Below are positions 7,431 to 17,211 of a stretch of 64,000 bases of DNA, one piece after another. The notes under the pieces were generated by a model. The model saw only the letters and a list, made by a program, of their open reading frames with translations, did no database searches and was not told the DNA's origin. Numbering within the stretch: the first letter of the stretch is position 1; each line of letters begins with the position of its first letter. This stretch comes from an uncultured bacterium. Its GTDB lineage: Bacteria > Patescibacteriota > Minisyncoccia > Phycocordibacterales > UBA9973. The DNA lies in contig CALCZP010000004.1 of the NCBI GenBank assembly GCA_937903035.1, positions 12,570-76,569 of the forward strand. Direction: 5' to 3'. Position numbers and translations under genes: made by a program.

Positions 7431-8243
7431 TTAAGCCATAACACGTTTTTTGGAAGGATATAGACTTTTTGCTCTCTGTATATAGAGTTTTGTAACATCA
7501 ACATCCAGATGATCACCAGGTCTGCCTGATTTGGTCAACTGGCTTTGAGCATCAATACTCACCCCATATCGTTTTACAAGCTCAGCTACTCTCCACACCG
7601 TCTTGGGACCGAGAGCTCCGGCAACTGTAAACTGCAGTTCACTGGTAAGGTTACAAATACCATCAATATATCCCTCAACACCTGGAAGATCTATTGCGTA
7701 GCCTTCCCCGCCAGATGCGTCAATGAGTACATGAGAAATAATACCAACATAGTGCTTCACTTCATGAGCAATTTTTATCGGATCCTCATTGTGCATATAC
7801 ATTGCATCTCTTCCAATCTGAAGGATAAGATCAATGTCAGGACATTTTTTCTTGAATGCTTCAAGCTCAGCAGGATCTGGCCATATCATGTCGAGCTGTA
7901 AAGCTTTCATGTTGGGACCACAAAGATCTACTACTGATGAAAGCTCTGCACATAGATGAAATCCCCGATCTGCATCATAATTTGCATAATGCACAGAGTT
8001 TACTATGCGACAATCTCGAACACTGAAAATATCTTTCAATGTTGTAACTGATGGATAGACACTTGCATGCTTTGTTGGCTTATCATGAAGTATCTTGTGA
8101 CTGGTCATAGCGCCAACCATAAACTGAGGGGTACTTTCATCAAAACCAGGAAGCACTTTCCATACTTCCATAACCTGCTCACCTGACTGAAATCCACAAG
8201 CACCAATGTAGGTACCTAATTTTTTTGTTTGTTTTTGTTGCAT
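7431..8243 (-). CDS. TIM-barrel protein of the TrpF (phosphoribosylanthranilate isomerase)-like family
   Basis: The C-terminus 'GVSIDAQSQLTKSGRPGDHLDVDVTKLYIQ' resembles the PRAI 'GVDVSSGVE..pG.KD' motif. No other trp genes are nearby. Confidence 0.4.
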   Translation of the reverse strand: MQQKQTKKLGTYIGACGFQSGEQVMEVWKVLPGFDESTPQFMVGAMTSHKILHDKPTKHASVYPSVTTLKDIFSVRDCRIVNSVHYANYDADRGFHLCAELSSVVDLCGPNMKALQLDMIWPDPAELEAFKKKCPDIDLILQIGRDAMYMHNEDPIKIAHEVKHYVGIISHVLIDASGGEGYAIDLPGVEGYIDGICNLTSELQFTVAGALGPKTVWRVAELVKRYGVSIDAQSQLTKSGRPGDHLDVDVTKLYIQRAKSLYPSKKRVMA

Positions 8244-8366
8244 ATGATGTACTATTTTGTTTTTCTTTACAGTACTACAGAATTAACAAAAGTCAAATAA
8301 TCTACCGAGGTCAAAAAACCATTACGTAACAATATAAAAACCACCGAATATTCGGTGGTTTTATTT

Positions 8367-9383
8367 TTATAATGCTTTTTCGATTTCAATAAGCTTTTTA
8401 ACTCCATTGTAGAGCTGCTCATAAATCTCACGCTCAGTCACTCCTAAGCGACGTTTATTTGAGATATCATAGATACCATCTGATGATTCAGAATGTTCTC
8501 CATGTACACCACGGATTGATAATCCGAGTGTGCCACAAATTGCTTTGAAATTTTGACTGTTTGAAAACTTTGGAATCCTAATATGTACTGATGCACGCAT
8601 TGCAGTTCCAAGGTTTGTCGGACAAGTCGTGTGATACCCACGAAGATCATCAAATGCAAAGTTGATTTTCTCATTGATAAAATTCAATGCTGTTGCCAAT
8701 CGGGTAAACACTTCAGCGATGTCAGCTCCTGGCTGCATACTTATGATACGCATACTGTCTTCTTCTGAAACCCAGACAAGGAATTTCTTGTCGTCAGAAA
8801 AGAAAATTCCACGATTCTTTGGCCAATCACGATTTACACCGGCACTTTCCAAGAAACGGTCGCCTTGCTTGAACAAAAAATGATCCTCAACCATTTTGGC
8901 ACGAACTTCTTCGCTCATACCATCAAGTGGAAAATACTCACCCTTAAGTGTTCCTGGGAGTTGTTTCAATGCTTCAATAATTTCGGATTCCATAGCAGCA
9001 CGATCTTCTGCTGAGATAGCAGAAGGAAAAGCATACTTTGCAAAATTACGACCAACACGAATACGGGTTGATACAACATAATTACCTTCAGGGTCTAAGT
9101 TTTCAACAGGAAGACCGGTGAGTGAGAAATCACTCTTATGCCCGCTCATATCATAATTATGATACTCCTTGATAACAGGATCAAAAAGAGAGGCAAGTAT
9201 AGTATACGATTCAGGATCTCCTGCATATACACCAATACTGGAGTCCTGGTTATCAATACCAGACTGAATTGCCTTTTGAAGAGTCCAGCCATGTGGTGTA
9301 ACAGCAGTAGCTAGCTGTTCTTGTACTTGTTCAGTACAATGCTTTTTCATTAACATGTCAGGGTTTTGTGTGTTTTTTGTCAT
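8367..9383 (-). CDS. Arginine kinase-type phosphagen (ATP:guanido) kinase, full two-domain form
   Basis: Active-site 'CPTNLGTAMRASVH' and 'KKFLVWVSEEDSMRIISMQPGADIAEVF' are classic AK/CK motifs. An N-terminal guanidino-substrate domain is present ('SGIDNQDSSIGVYAGDPESYTILASLFDPVIKEYH'), so this is not a McsB-like protein. It has its own terminator. Confidence 0.8.
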   Translation of the reverse strand: MTKNTQNPDMLMKKHCTEQVQEQLATAVTPHGWTLQKAIQSGIDNQDSSIGVYAGDPESYTILASLFDPVIKEYHNYDMSGHKSDFSLTGLPVENLDPEGNYVVSTRIRVGRNFAKYAFPSAISAEDRAAMESEIIEALKQLPGTLKGEYFPLDGMSEEVRAKMVEDHFLFKQGDRFLESAGVNRDWPKNRGIFFSDDKKFLVWVSEEDSMRIISMQPGADIAEVFTRLATALNFINEKINFAFDDLRGYHTTCPTNLGTAMRASVHIRIPKFSNSQNFKAICGTLGLSIRGVHGEHSESSDGIYDISNKRRLGVTEREIYEQLYNGVKKLIEIEKAL

Positions 9384-9482
9384 AAAGAACGTATTTTAAT
9401 ATAAATTTTTATATAATACTAACTTATAAAGTTTTTTTGTCAATTACACCATAAATCCCCGTCTTGTGAACGGGGATTTTTT

Positions 9483-9803
9483 CTACATCTTTTTTTTCTT
9501 TCTGAGATCAAAGTAGTTCGTGATTTTTATAAACTCAACTTCTGCTTCACATCCTAACTCTTCGAGTACCTCAATGACCTGATGAACGATGGCAAATTCA
9601 CTACTAAACATACGCAGGAATGGGCGATCTGTTTTTTCGGTATCAATTACTTTAGTCTTAATTTCAGAAAATGTTACGTTTTTGTAATCATCTTCTGAAA
9701 AAACTTTTTTTAAAGCATCGAGTAGATTATCACGAAGACTCATAAAGCCTGAATGAGAATAACCATGAAATTCAATTAAAGGAGCATAACTAGAGTGTTG
9801 CAT
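9483..9803 (-). CDS. Hypothetical protein
   Basis: 106-aa ORF with a downstream hairpin terminator (AAATCCCCG...CGGGGATTT). Confidence 0.4.
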   Translation of the reverse strand: MQHSSYAPLIEFHGYSHSGFMSLRDNLLDALKKVFSEDDYKNVTFSEIKTKVIDTEKTDRPFLRMFSSEFAIVHQVIEVLEELGCEAEVEFIKITNYFDLRKKKKM

Positions 9804-9854
9804 AGTATACTATTTTTCAAAACCATATATGTATTTTTTAAATTTGTCAATAAT

Positions 9855-11351
9855 CTAGTCTTGGCGAGGCTTCAGAAGTGGAAAGATTTGTGATTCGCGT
9901 ACTGGCTTGTCGAGGAGGAATGAGAAGAGTCGCTCTGATACACCAAAGCCAAATGCTGGCGGCATACCATACTCCATCGCCTCGACATATTCCATATCTG
10001 CCATTTGTGCCTCATCATCCCCCGCATCACGGAGATCTTGCTGCTTCATAAAGCGCTCCTTTTGATCTACCGGATCATTGAGTTCACTAAAGCCTTTGCC
10101 GACTTCACTCCCCGCAATGATGACTTGGAAGCGTTCTACAGTCTGGGGGTTAGTACGATTTTTCTTTGCAAGTGGCTCGAGATAGACAGGAACGTTAACA
10201 AGGAATCCTGGACCACCGAGTGATTTGCGCACTTTTTTCCAGAGCAGATCCACTCCACGCTCAACAGAGATAGCTTTCTTGTCATACTCAATACCATGTT
10301 TGATAAGTGCAGCTTCGATTTCATCTACTGATGTCGCAAGTGCATCAATACCATAATGCTCCGCAATGATTGCGACAAAGTCATATGTCACCCAATCAGC
10401 ATTAAGGTCCACAGTAAATCCTTTGATGGTAAATGTTGTCGTACCAAACGTTTTTTCAGCGATTTCTCGATAGAGTCTCTTGATCATTTCCATTCCTTTC
10501 AAGTAGTCACTGTATGCCATATAGAACTCCATCTGTGTGTAGTCCTGGAGATGTTCGGCAGACATGCCTTCGTTGCGGAAAATGCGACCGATCTCAAAGG
10601 TGCGAGGAATACCTGCCACAAGGAGCTTCTTTTGCCAAAGCTCACCTGCTGAGATACGAAGGAAGACCTCCATATCAAGTGCATTATGATGTGTCACAAA
10701 TGGTCGAGCCTCTGCACCACCTGTTGTATTTTCAAGCACCGGTGTTTCAACTTCAACAAAGTCTTGTGCAAGCAAAAATGATCGCATCGTATTCCAAAAG
10801 ACTGAGCGCTTTTTCACCATCTCAGCCACATCAGCGTTTCCAAGAATATCGAGATATCGCTTGCGAAGCTTTTCTTCAGGATCTTCGATACCGTACCACC
10901 CATCAGGAATAGGACGCAGACTTTTCGCAAGCATATGCCAACTTTTTACAAACAAACTCTGTGCACCGCGTTGTGTCGTGTATGCAGTACCGATGACTTC
11001 GATAAAGTCTCCCGTATCAGCAGTATCAGTAAAGAGCGCATAGAGTGCACTATCCATCCCATCAGACTTAAATACGAGCTGTGTCTTTGCAGTTCCATCA
11101 AAGAGATCGACAAATGCGAGGGCACCTTGTCCACGTTTGGACATGATGCGACCAGCAAGCGTGATTTCATCCTTCCCTGCTTCGTATAAACTGAAACGAT
11201 CAATAAACGTCGCAACCGTATCAGTACGATGTGATGCGGCAGGATAGGACTCAATACCTTTTTCTTTGAGGAGCTCAATCTTTTTCAGTCGGTCGTTCCG
11301 GAGTTCTTCAATGGATGCCATATCCGGAGATTGTACTAAAAAATAAGCCAA
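9855..11351 (-). CDS. lysS: Lysyl-tRNA synthetase, class II
   Basis: Motif 2 'FRNEGMSAEHLQDYTQMEFYMAY', an OB-fold N-terminus and class II architecture. Confidence 0.9.
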   Translation of the reverse strand: MAYFLVQSPDMASIEELRNDRLKKIELLKEKGIESYPAASHRTDTVATFIDRFSLYEAGKDEITLAGRIMSKRGQGALAFVDLFDGTAKTQLVFKSDGMDSALYALFTDTADTGDFIEVIGTAYTTQRGAQSLFVKSWHMLAKSLRPIPDGWYGIEDPEEKLRKRYLDILGNADVAEMVKKRSVFWNTMRSFLLAQDFVEVETPVLENTTGGAEARPFVTHHNALDMEVFLRISAGELWQKKLLVAGIPRTFEIGRIFRNEGMSAEHLQDYTQMEFYMAYSDYLKGMEMIKRLYREIAEKTFGTTTFTIKGFTVDLNADWVTYDFVAIIAEHYGIDALATSVDEIEAALIKHGIEYDKKAISVERGVDLLWKKVRKSLGGPGFLVNVPVYLEPLAKKNRTNPQTVERFQVIIAGSEVGKGFSELNDPVDQKERFMKQQDLRDAGDDEAQMADMEYVEAMEYGMPPAFGFGVSERLFSFLLDKPVRESQIFPLLKPRQD

Positions 11352-11360
11352 AAAGCACCT

Positions 11361-12428
11361 TTATATCCCTTCTTTCTTGAGTTGCTCGATCACTTCCTTT
11401 GCATGCTTGGAGAGTTTCTCAGGAAGGCGGATGTCGAGTTTGATGATGAAGTTGCCGCGACGAGAGCCATGTGGCACACCTTTGCCTTTGAGGGTGATCA
11501 TCTCGCCAACTGTTGTACCAGACGGGATCGATACTTTCTCCACACCATCAAGTGTTTCGATATCGTACTCAGTACCGAGGAGTGCGTCAGTGAGCTTGAT
11601 CGGGAGATTGATGATGAGATCATTCCCCTGACGAGCAATAGTCTTGTGCGTAGACACACTCACGCGAACATAGAGATCGCCTGACTGGCCACCCTTGATC
11701 GCTTCGCCAAGTCCAGTAAGTCTGAGCGTCTCGCCATGTTGAATACCAGTAGGCACATTGATCTTGATCGTGCGAGGTTCGTTGACCACACCCTTACCTT
11801 TACAGGTATCACACCGTGTCTTTGGAATCTTGCCAATACCATCACATGTTGGGCAGGTTTGTGTTGTTTGGATAGAGCCGAGAATGGTACGCTGTACTGC
11901 CTTAACGACACCACTACCGTGACACTGGCCACATATATCGACATGCGTACCAGGCTTTGCACCATCACCCTTACACGTCGTACAGGTCGAAGGTTTAGTG
12001 ACACGGATTTCCTTTTCAACACCGAATATTGACTCTTTAAATGTGAGACTGATAGAGGTCTGGAGATCTGCTCCGCGACGAGCCTTGGGACGGCGATTGC
12101 CACCACCAAACATGTCACCAAACATGTCACCGAGATCAAACTCAAATCCGCCCGCATTTTGCCCAAAGCCACCGAAATCAAATCCGCCAAAGCCTTGACC
12201 ACCTCCACCACCCATTTGTGGCCCATCCGCTCCAAACTGATCGTATGATGCACGCTTCTGATCGTCAGAAAGTGTCTGATATGCCTGGTTCACTTCCTTG
12301 AACTTGCTGTCATCTCCGCCGTTTTTGTCCGGGTGGTGCTTGTGCGCAAGCTTATGAAAAGCTTTCTTGATTTCGTCCTTGGAGGCGCTTTTGCTGACGC
12401 CCAATGTCTCGTAATAGTCTTTTGCCAT
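11361..12428 (-). CDS. dnaJ: Chaperone DnaJ
   Basis: J-domain with HPD ('HKHHPDKNGG'), a G/F-rich linker and four CxxCxGxG zinc-finger repeats. Confidence 0.9.
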   Translation of the reverse strand: MAKDYYETLGVSKSASKDEIKKAFHKLAHKHHPDKNGGDDSKFKEVNQAYQTLSDDQKRASYDQFGADGPQMGGGGGQGFGGFDFGGFGQNAGGFEFDLGDMFGDMFGGGNRRPKARRGADLQTSISLTFKESIFGVEKEIRVTKPSTCTTCKGDGAKPGTHVDICGQCHGSGVVKAVQRTILGSIQTTQTCPTCDGIGKIPKTRCDTCKGKGVVNEPRTIKINVPTGIQHGETLRLTGLGEAIKGGQSGDLYVRVSVSTHKTIARQGNDLIINLPIKLTDALLGTEYDIETLDGVEKVSIPSGTTVGEMITLKGKGVPHGSRRGNFIIKLDIRLPEKLSKHAKEVIEQLKKEGI

Positions 12429-12508
12429 AGGGCTATAATAGCATAATCATGCTGCTATTGACAATACTATATTTATATGATATTATATACTTAATAAACA
12501 AACAAATT

Positions 12509-12634
12509 ATGAAAAAGATATTCAGTGTTCTTTTAGTTGCCGTGATAGTAAGTATTGCATTCAGCAGCTGTGCTGGTGAAAAAACGATGACCGTGTTTGG
12601 CAATACTGTCAAAGGCAACAAATGCAAAGGATAA
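12509..12634 (+). CDS. Small putative lipoprotein or secreted peptide (41 aa)
   Basis: MKKIFSVLLVAVIVSIAFSSC... is a signal peptide ending in a lipobox-like Cys. A hairpin terminator follows immediately (AAATCCCCTTCTTTTCAGAAGGGGATTT). Confidence 0.3.
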   Translation: MKKIFSVLLVAVIVSIAFSSCAGEKTMTVFGNTVKGNKCKG

Positions 12635-12685
12635 ACCCTTTCAAAGTAATGCAAATCCCCTTCTTTTCAGAAGGGGATTTATTTA

Positions 12686-12763
12686 TTATCGGTGACGCAT
12701 TGAGACAGTCTTGCCGTCCTTCTTGCGCTTGTTCTTAGCAGCGATTTTGCGTTTCTTGTTCAT
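12686..12763 (-). CDS. Tiny, highly basic peptide (25 aa), possibly a ribosomal-protein-like peptide
   Basis: Minus-strand ORF MNKKRKIAAKNKRKKDGKTVSMRHR with 13 of 25 residues K/R/H. It lies between dnaJ and the downstream hypothetical gene and is too short to appear in the ORF track. Confidence 0.3.
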   Translation of the reverse strand: MNKKRKIAAKNKRKKDGKTVSMRHR

Positions 12764-12829
12764 ATGTCCTAGCACTATAGCATAGAAATCCAAAAGAAAA
12801 AGCCCTGATACGACAGGGCTTAAGATTTT

Positions 12830-13243
12830 TTAAATCAGTTTAACTTTATGAGCTAACTCGTAAGTTTTTTCTGCATCCTCCTTTGAGAGGTCAAATTCAC
12901 TAGTCCAATGCATGATCCATTCTTCTTTCGGGGAATGCATTGTTGGTAAATATGATCCTGAAAGAAACATGCCGTCTTTTTCAGCTAAACCTGCTTGAGT
13001 GAGTTTGTTTTTTACTTCCTTTAAAGCTTTTCTAATTTGTCTTTCAAAATCAGCATGAGGTGTAAATTTTTGTAAGCCCTCAGCAATTTCTTTTGGAGAA
13101 ACGATAATTAAATCAGCAACCGTTATAACTTTTACTACTTGTCGTTTATCGCCGGCGATGAGCCAATTTATAAATTCAAATGGTAAACAGCTTTTCTTTA
13201 GTTTAGTAATTTTGCAAACCTCAGAAGTAAGTATATTTTTCAT
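12830..13243 (-). CDS. Hypothetical protein
   Basis: 137-aa ORF in the dnaK/dnaJ locus with no recognisable motif. Confidence 0.45.
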   Translation of the reverse strand: MKNILTSEVCKITKLKKSCLPFEFINWLIAGDKRQVVKVITVADLIIVSPKEIAEGLQKFTPHADFERQIRKALKEVKNKLTQAGLAEKDGMFLSGSYLPTMHSPKEEWIMHWTSEFDLSKEDAEKTYELAHKVKLI

Positions 13244-13348
13244 TGTTTATTATTTTGGTGAAGAACTTTCTATATAATAGCACATATTTATATATACGTC
13301 AATAACACAAAAAGCCCTATTTCTAGGGCTTTTTGGAGGTTTTTTCGA

Positions 13349-15244
13349 TTATTTGGTTTCTTCACCTGATGCGTCGCGGACATTTTCCGTACCATCATCT
13401 GAGATTTCAGTTGGCTGAGGTTCTGCGGCAGTAGACTGTTCGCCATTCTTGGAGATATGCTCACCAATCTTTTGCATTTCCATTGAGAGCGCATGAGTCG
13501 CGGCTTCGAGTGCAGCCTTGTCATCCCCTTCCTTTGCTTTCTTCAACTCATCAATCTTAGCCTGTACTCCAGACTTGATGTCATCAGTGATAGCAGCTGC
13601 ATGTTCGATGAGTGCCTTCTCTGCTGAGAAGATCATCATATCTGCAGTGTTCTTCGCATCCACGAGCGCCTTCTTGGCTTCGTCTTCGGTTGCATGGAGT
13701 TCGGCATCTTTTTTCATACGCTCGATATCATCTGCAGTGAGACCTGATGATGCTTCGATACGGATGGACTGCTCTTTGCCAGTACCCTTGTCCTTGGCCT
13801 TTACATTGAGGATACCGTTGGCATCGACATCAAAGGTGACTTCGATTTGTGGCATGCCGCGTGGTGCTGGTGCAATACCATCGAGGATAAATCGTCCGAG
13901 GGACTTGTTGTCAGCTGCCATTGGGCGCTCACCTTGCGTGATATGAATCTCAACTGACGGCTGATTGTCGACCGCAGTTGAGAATACCTGACTCTTTGAT
14001 GATGGGATCGTTGTGTTGCGCTCAACGAGCTTGGTTGCTACACCACCCATCGTCTCGATACCGAGTGAAAGCGGGATCACATCAAGAAGGAGCACATCGC
14101 GCACATCACCCTGGAGCACACCACCCTGCACTGCAGCACCAAGTGCTACCACTTCGTCCGGGTTGATTGAGCGATTTGGTTCCTTGCCAAAGAGTTTTTG
14201 CACCTCTTCGACGATCTTTGGCATGCGAGTTTGCCCACCGACGAGAATGATCTCGTTGATATCAGACATTGCAAAGCCTGATGCTTCGACAGCACGCTTG
14301 GTGATCTCGATAGAGCGAGTCACGTATTCATCAGCGATACTTTCGAGCTGCGCGCGAGACATCTTAAGGAGCAAGTGCTGCGGACCTTCGGCGGTCGACG
14401 TAATGAACGGAATGTTGATCTCGGTCTCCATGGTTGTTGAGAGCTCGATCTTTGCTTTTTCAGCAGCCTCGTCCAGTCGCTGCTTTGCGAGCGGATCATT
14501 CATCACATCCACACCGGATGACTTTTTGAATTCATCAGCAATCCACTGCATAATCTTGAGATCAATATCACGACCTCCCATCATTGAGTCACCATCAGTA
14601 GACTTTACTTCGATGACATCGTTTGAGATCTCGAGTACTGACACGTCAAACGTACCACCACCGAGGTCGTAAATCACAACCTTTTCTTCCTTTTTAGTAT
14701 CAAGACCATATGCAAGCGCTGCTGCAGTCGGCTCGTTGATGATCCGCTTCACATCGAGACCTGCGATCGCACCGGCGTCCTTGGTCGCCTTTCGCTGTGC
14801 ATCGTTGAAGTATGCAGGCACGGTGATGATCGCTTCGGTAACTTTCTCACCGAGCTTTGCTTCAACGTCTGCCTTGATCTTCTGAAGGATCATTGCTGAT
14901 ACTTCCTCTGGACGATAGTCCTTGTCGCCGAGATGTACGAGAATGCCGCCATCAGGACCTTTTGAAACCTTGAACGGCGAGCTCTTGATCACCGCATCCA
15001 TGCCATGATCGTCGTACTGGTGACCCATGAAGCGCTTGATACCATAAATGGTATTTTGCGGGTTGGTCACTGCCTGACGCTTGGCAAGGAGCCCAACGAG
15101 GCGGTCGCCGCCTTTGCCCACCGCAACGATAGACGGAGTTGTACGTGCACCTTCGATGTTTTCAATAATTTTTGGCTGCCCACCTTCGATGATGGCGACA
15201 GCTGAGTTTGTAGTTCCAAGGTCAATTCCAATGATTTTAGCCAT
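13349..15244 (-). CDS. dnaK: Chaperone DnaK (Hsp70)
   Basis: '[13 protein letters not shown]', '[10 protein letters not shown]' and the usual C-terminal lid, for a 631-aa protein. A terminator hairpin lies at about 13311-13334. Confidence 0.95.
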   Translation of the reverse strand: MAKIIGIDLGTTNSAVAIIEGGQPKIIENIEGARTTPSIVAVGKGGDRLVGLLAKRQAVTNPQNTIYGIKRFMGHQYDDHGMDAVIKSSPFKVSKGPDGGILVHLGDKDYRPEEVSAMILQKIKADVEAKLGEKVTEAIITVPAYFNDAQRKATKDAGAIAGLDVKRIINEPTAAALAYGLDTKKEEKVVIYDLGGGTFDVSVLEISNDVIEVKSTDGDSMMGGRDIDLKIMQWIADEFKKSSGVDVMNDPLAKQRLDEAAEKAKIELSTTMETEINIPFITSTAEGPQHLLLKMSRAQLESIADEYVTRSIEITKRAVEASGFAMSDINEIILVGGQTRMPKIVEEVQKLFGKEPNRSINPDEVVALGAAVQGGVLQGDVRDVLLLDVIPLSLGIETMGGVATKLVERNTTIPSSKSQVFSTAVDNQPSVEIHITQGERPMAADNKSLGRFILDGIAPAPRGMPQIEVTFDVDANGILNVKAKDKGTGKEQSIRIEASSGLTADDIERMKKDAELHATEDEAKKALVDAKNTADMMIFSAEKALIEHAAAITDDIKSGVQAKIDELKKAKEGDDKAALEAATHALSMEMQKIGEHISKNGEQSTAAEPQPTEISDDGTENVRDASGEETK

Positions 15245-15420
15245 ACTATTTAAACAAATATAAGTCTAATAAATCGGTCATAAGAAACATCTCTTTTCGA
15301 AAAGCCAGACCCAAGCCTAACCCTTTTCTCAAAAAGATATTTCTTATTCCCTCTATTTTACGTGTATTCCGCGAACGCGAAATACTTGTACAAAGAGCAG
15401 TATAGTGCTAGCATTTTCAC

Positions 15421-15954
15421 ATGTCAACAAGTGGCGACAAAAACTCCGGCTATTCCAAGAAAATCCTCAAGCTTCTGGGCTCAAAACGGGCTATTTCCGA
15501 GTCTGAACTCACCGAATTGATGGATGTCTCGGGTCCGAGCAAGTATGCCCTCACACGCTCCCTCAAAGGCCTCTCTGACACCGGCCTCGTCGAGACCCAT
15601 CACTCAGGTCGCCAGACCTATGCGAGCCTCACCAAGGATGGCAAACGCAAGCTTCACAGTATCTCACTTGAGTCAGATGCCGCGCTCGTTGATCCCAACT
15701 GGGATGGCAAATGGCGTATCGTAATGCTCGACCTCCCCGAAGATCGCAAGACTGAACGTGAAGGCCTCCGCTACCTCCTAAAAAAAGCAGGGTTTGTGTG
15801 TCTGAAAAATGCAGTGTGGATTTCACCACAACCGTTTGAGCACCTCTTTATGAATATTAAAAAAGACCTCGGTCTGACGACTGAGATCATGATATTTGTG
15901 ACCGATACACTTGATAGTGCAACAGAAGAAGCGTTTAAAGAAATAGTGAAATAA
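15421..15954 (+). CDS. PaaX-like winged-helix transcriptional regulator
   Basis: 'WDGKWRIVMLDLPEDRKTEREGLRYLLKKAGFVCLKNAVWISP' matches the PaaX C-terminal signature. It is divergent from dnaK and sits inside the heat-shock locus. Confidence 0.55.
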   Translation: MSTSGDKNSGYSKKILKLLGSKRAISESELTELMDVSGPSKYALTRSLKGLSDTGLVETHHSGRQTYASLTKDGKRKLHSISLESDAALVDPNWDGKWRIVMLDLPEDRKTEREGLRYLLKKAGFVCLKNAVWISPQPFEHLFMNIKKDLGLTTEIMIFVTDTLDSATEEAFKEIVK

Positions 15955-15999
15955 AAAAACCCTTACAAAAGTAAGGGTAATGTTTTTAACGGTAGTTAA

Positions 16000-16215
16000 T
16001 TAATAGGCTCTTCTGAAAACACTTTTTGGTTCGTTTGATTCATTTATTTTATTCACAAATAAACAAACTAAACCGGCAAAGGCCAAAACTTCAGATGCTG
16101 CCCATAAACCAATATCTGTTTTTTGCACGGCAATCATAAATACAAGAACGGACGCTGCAAAAGATGCAAGACCAATAATCACTAACTTTTTCATATATGT
16201 AGTTTTTAAGTTCAT
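16000..16215 (-). CDS. Small two-TM membrane protein
   Basis: Two hydrophobic helices in 71 aa. Confidence 0.35.
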   Translation of the reverse strand: MNLKTTYMKKLVIIGLASFAASVLVFMIAVQKTDIGLWAASEVLAFAGLVCLFVNKINESNEPKSVFRRAY

Positions 16216-16254
16216 TTACATTATAGCACTATATACTATAAAAGTCAATACAAG

Positions 16255-16851
16255 CTATTTCGCCTTGTAGACAGAGACTCGTGCGGGACGGAGAATGTTT
16301 TCACCGAGTTTGTAACCTTGCTGGAGGACTGAGGCAATTTTGTGATCGAATGCTAGGTCTTCTGTTTCAGTATCAGACACTGCCTGATGAAGCATTGGGT
16401 CAAAGGTCTCGCCTACTGCCCCAAACACCGCGAATCCACGAGCACTGAGCGTATTCATGAGCTGCTGATGGATGTACTCCACGCCGGTGCGCCATCCTGC
16501 ATCTACCTTTTCCCATGCTTCCTTGTTGGCCATTGCCATACCAAAGCTATCTACGACAGGCAGGAGCTCTTCGATGAATGCTTCCTCTGCAAATCCTTTC
16601 ATACGCTTTTTGTCTTCCTCAGACGTTTTCACAATATTTGCATAGTCCGCACGAGCGCGCTGCCAGCCATCGAGGTATTCCTGTTTCTCTTTTTCGAGCT
16701 CTTTGATCTTGTCCTTCAATTGCCTTACCTTTGCAGTAGCGTCAAGCTCCATTCCCTCTTCGGTACTCGGCACGATCTCATCGTCGTATACAATTTCGTC
16801 AGTAGTGTTGTCGTCCATATGCCCTTGATTATACTTATTTTTCAAAAACAA
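16255..16851 (-). CDS. grpE: Nucleotide exchange factor GrpE
   Basis: Coiled-coil N-terminus and the GrpE C-terminal beta domain ('...FDPMLHQAVS...YKLGENILRPARVSV'). The start may be the internal Met at MDDNTT. Confidence 0.85.
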   Translation of the reverse strand: MFLKNKYNQGHMDDNTTDEIVYDDEIVPSTEEGMELDATAKVRQLKDKIKELEKEKQEYLDGWQRARADYANIVKTSEEDKKRMKGFAEEAFIEELLPVVDSFGMAMANKEAWEKVDAGWRTGVEYIHQQLMNTLSARGFAVFGAVGETFDPMLHQAVSDTETEDLAFDHKIASVLQQGYKLGENILRPARVSVYKAK

Positions 16852-16868
16852 AAAAGCCCCGAAGGGCT

Positions 16869-17129
16869 TTATGCTGCAACATTTTGTCGTAGCAAATGAA
16901 GTTTAAATGTGTTAAACGCAAGCTTTGGTGTGACGTGAGAAAATAATTGACCATTGTCAGTATATGACCCCATTACGACACCAGAAACAGTTGCTTCTAA
17001 CTTCATACTGATTTGTCCGACCGAAGTAGTAGCGGTGGCATTGACTACGGTCTCATTACTTGAAAATTCAATTTTTTCCTGGATAAGCATAGCTACCCAA
17101 GGCTCAAGGGATGGATGAATCTTCTGCAT
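16869..17129 (-). CDS. Hypothetical small protein (86 aa)
   Basis: ORF downstream of the rpsI terminator hairpin. The longer track ORF overlaps rpsI, so it was trimmed to the internal ATG at 17129. Confidence 0.3.
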   Translation of the reverse strand: MQKIHPSLEPWVAMLIQEKIEFSSNETVVNATATTSVGQISMKLEATVSGVVMGSYTDNGQLFSHVTPKLAFNTFKLHLLRQNVAA

Positions 17130-17211
17130 AAAAAACGATTTGGTTCGACCTATAGTATATACCTCAGCAAAAACAAAACACCTCTTGCGAGGTGCTGTGT
17201 TTTGTTTTGTT

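Noticed and set aside
10005-12253. Numerous 60-197-aa ORFs inside and antisense to lysS and dnaJ
   Set aside because: All are nested in genes with clear class-II aaRS or J-domain/zinc-finger signatures. They are typical spurious frames in GC-richer coding DNA.
13518-14672. Several 140-219-aa ORFs antisense to dnaK
   Set aside because: They sit inside an unambiguous, highly conserved dnaK gene. They are GC-rich antisense frames with no motifs.
15245-15420. Searched for a CIRCE (TTAGCACTC-N9-GAGTGCTAA) operator upstream of dnaK
   Set aside because: Only a partial 'TAGTGCTAGC' half-site-like string is present, with no matching inverted partner.
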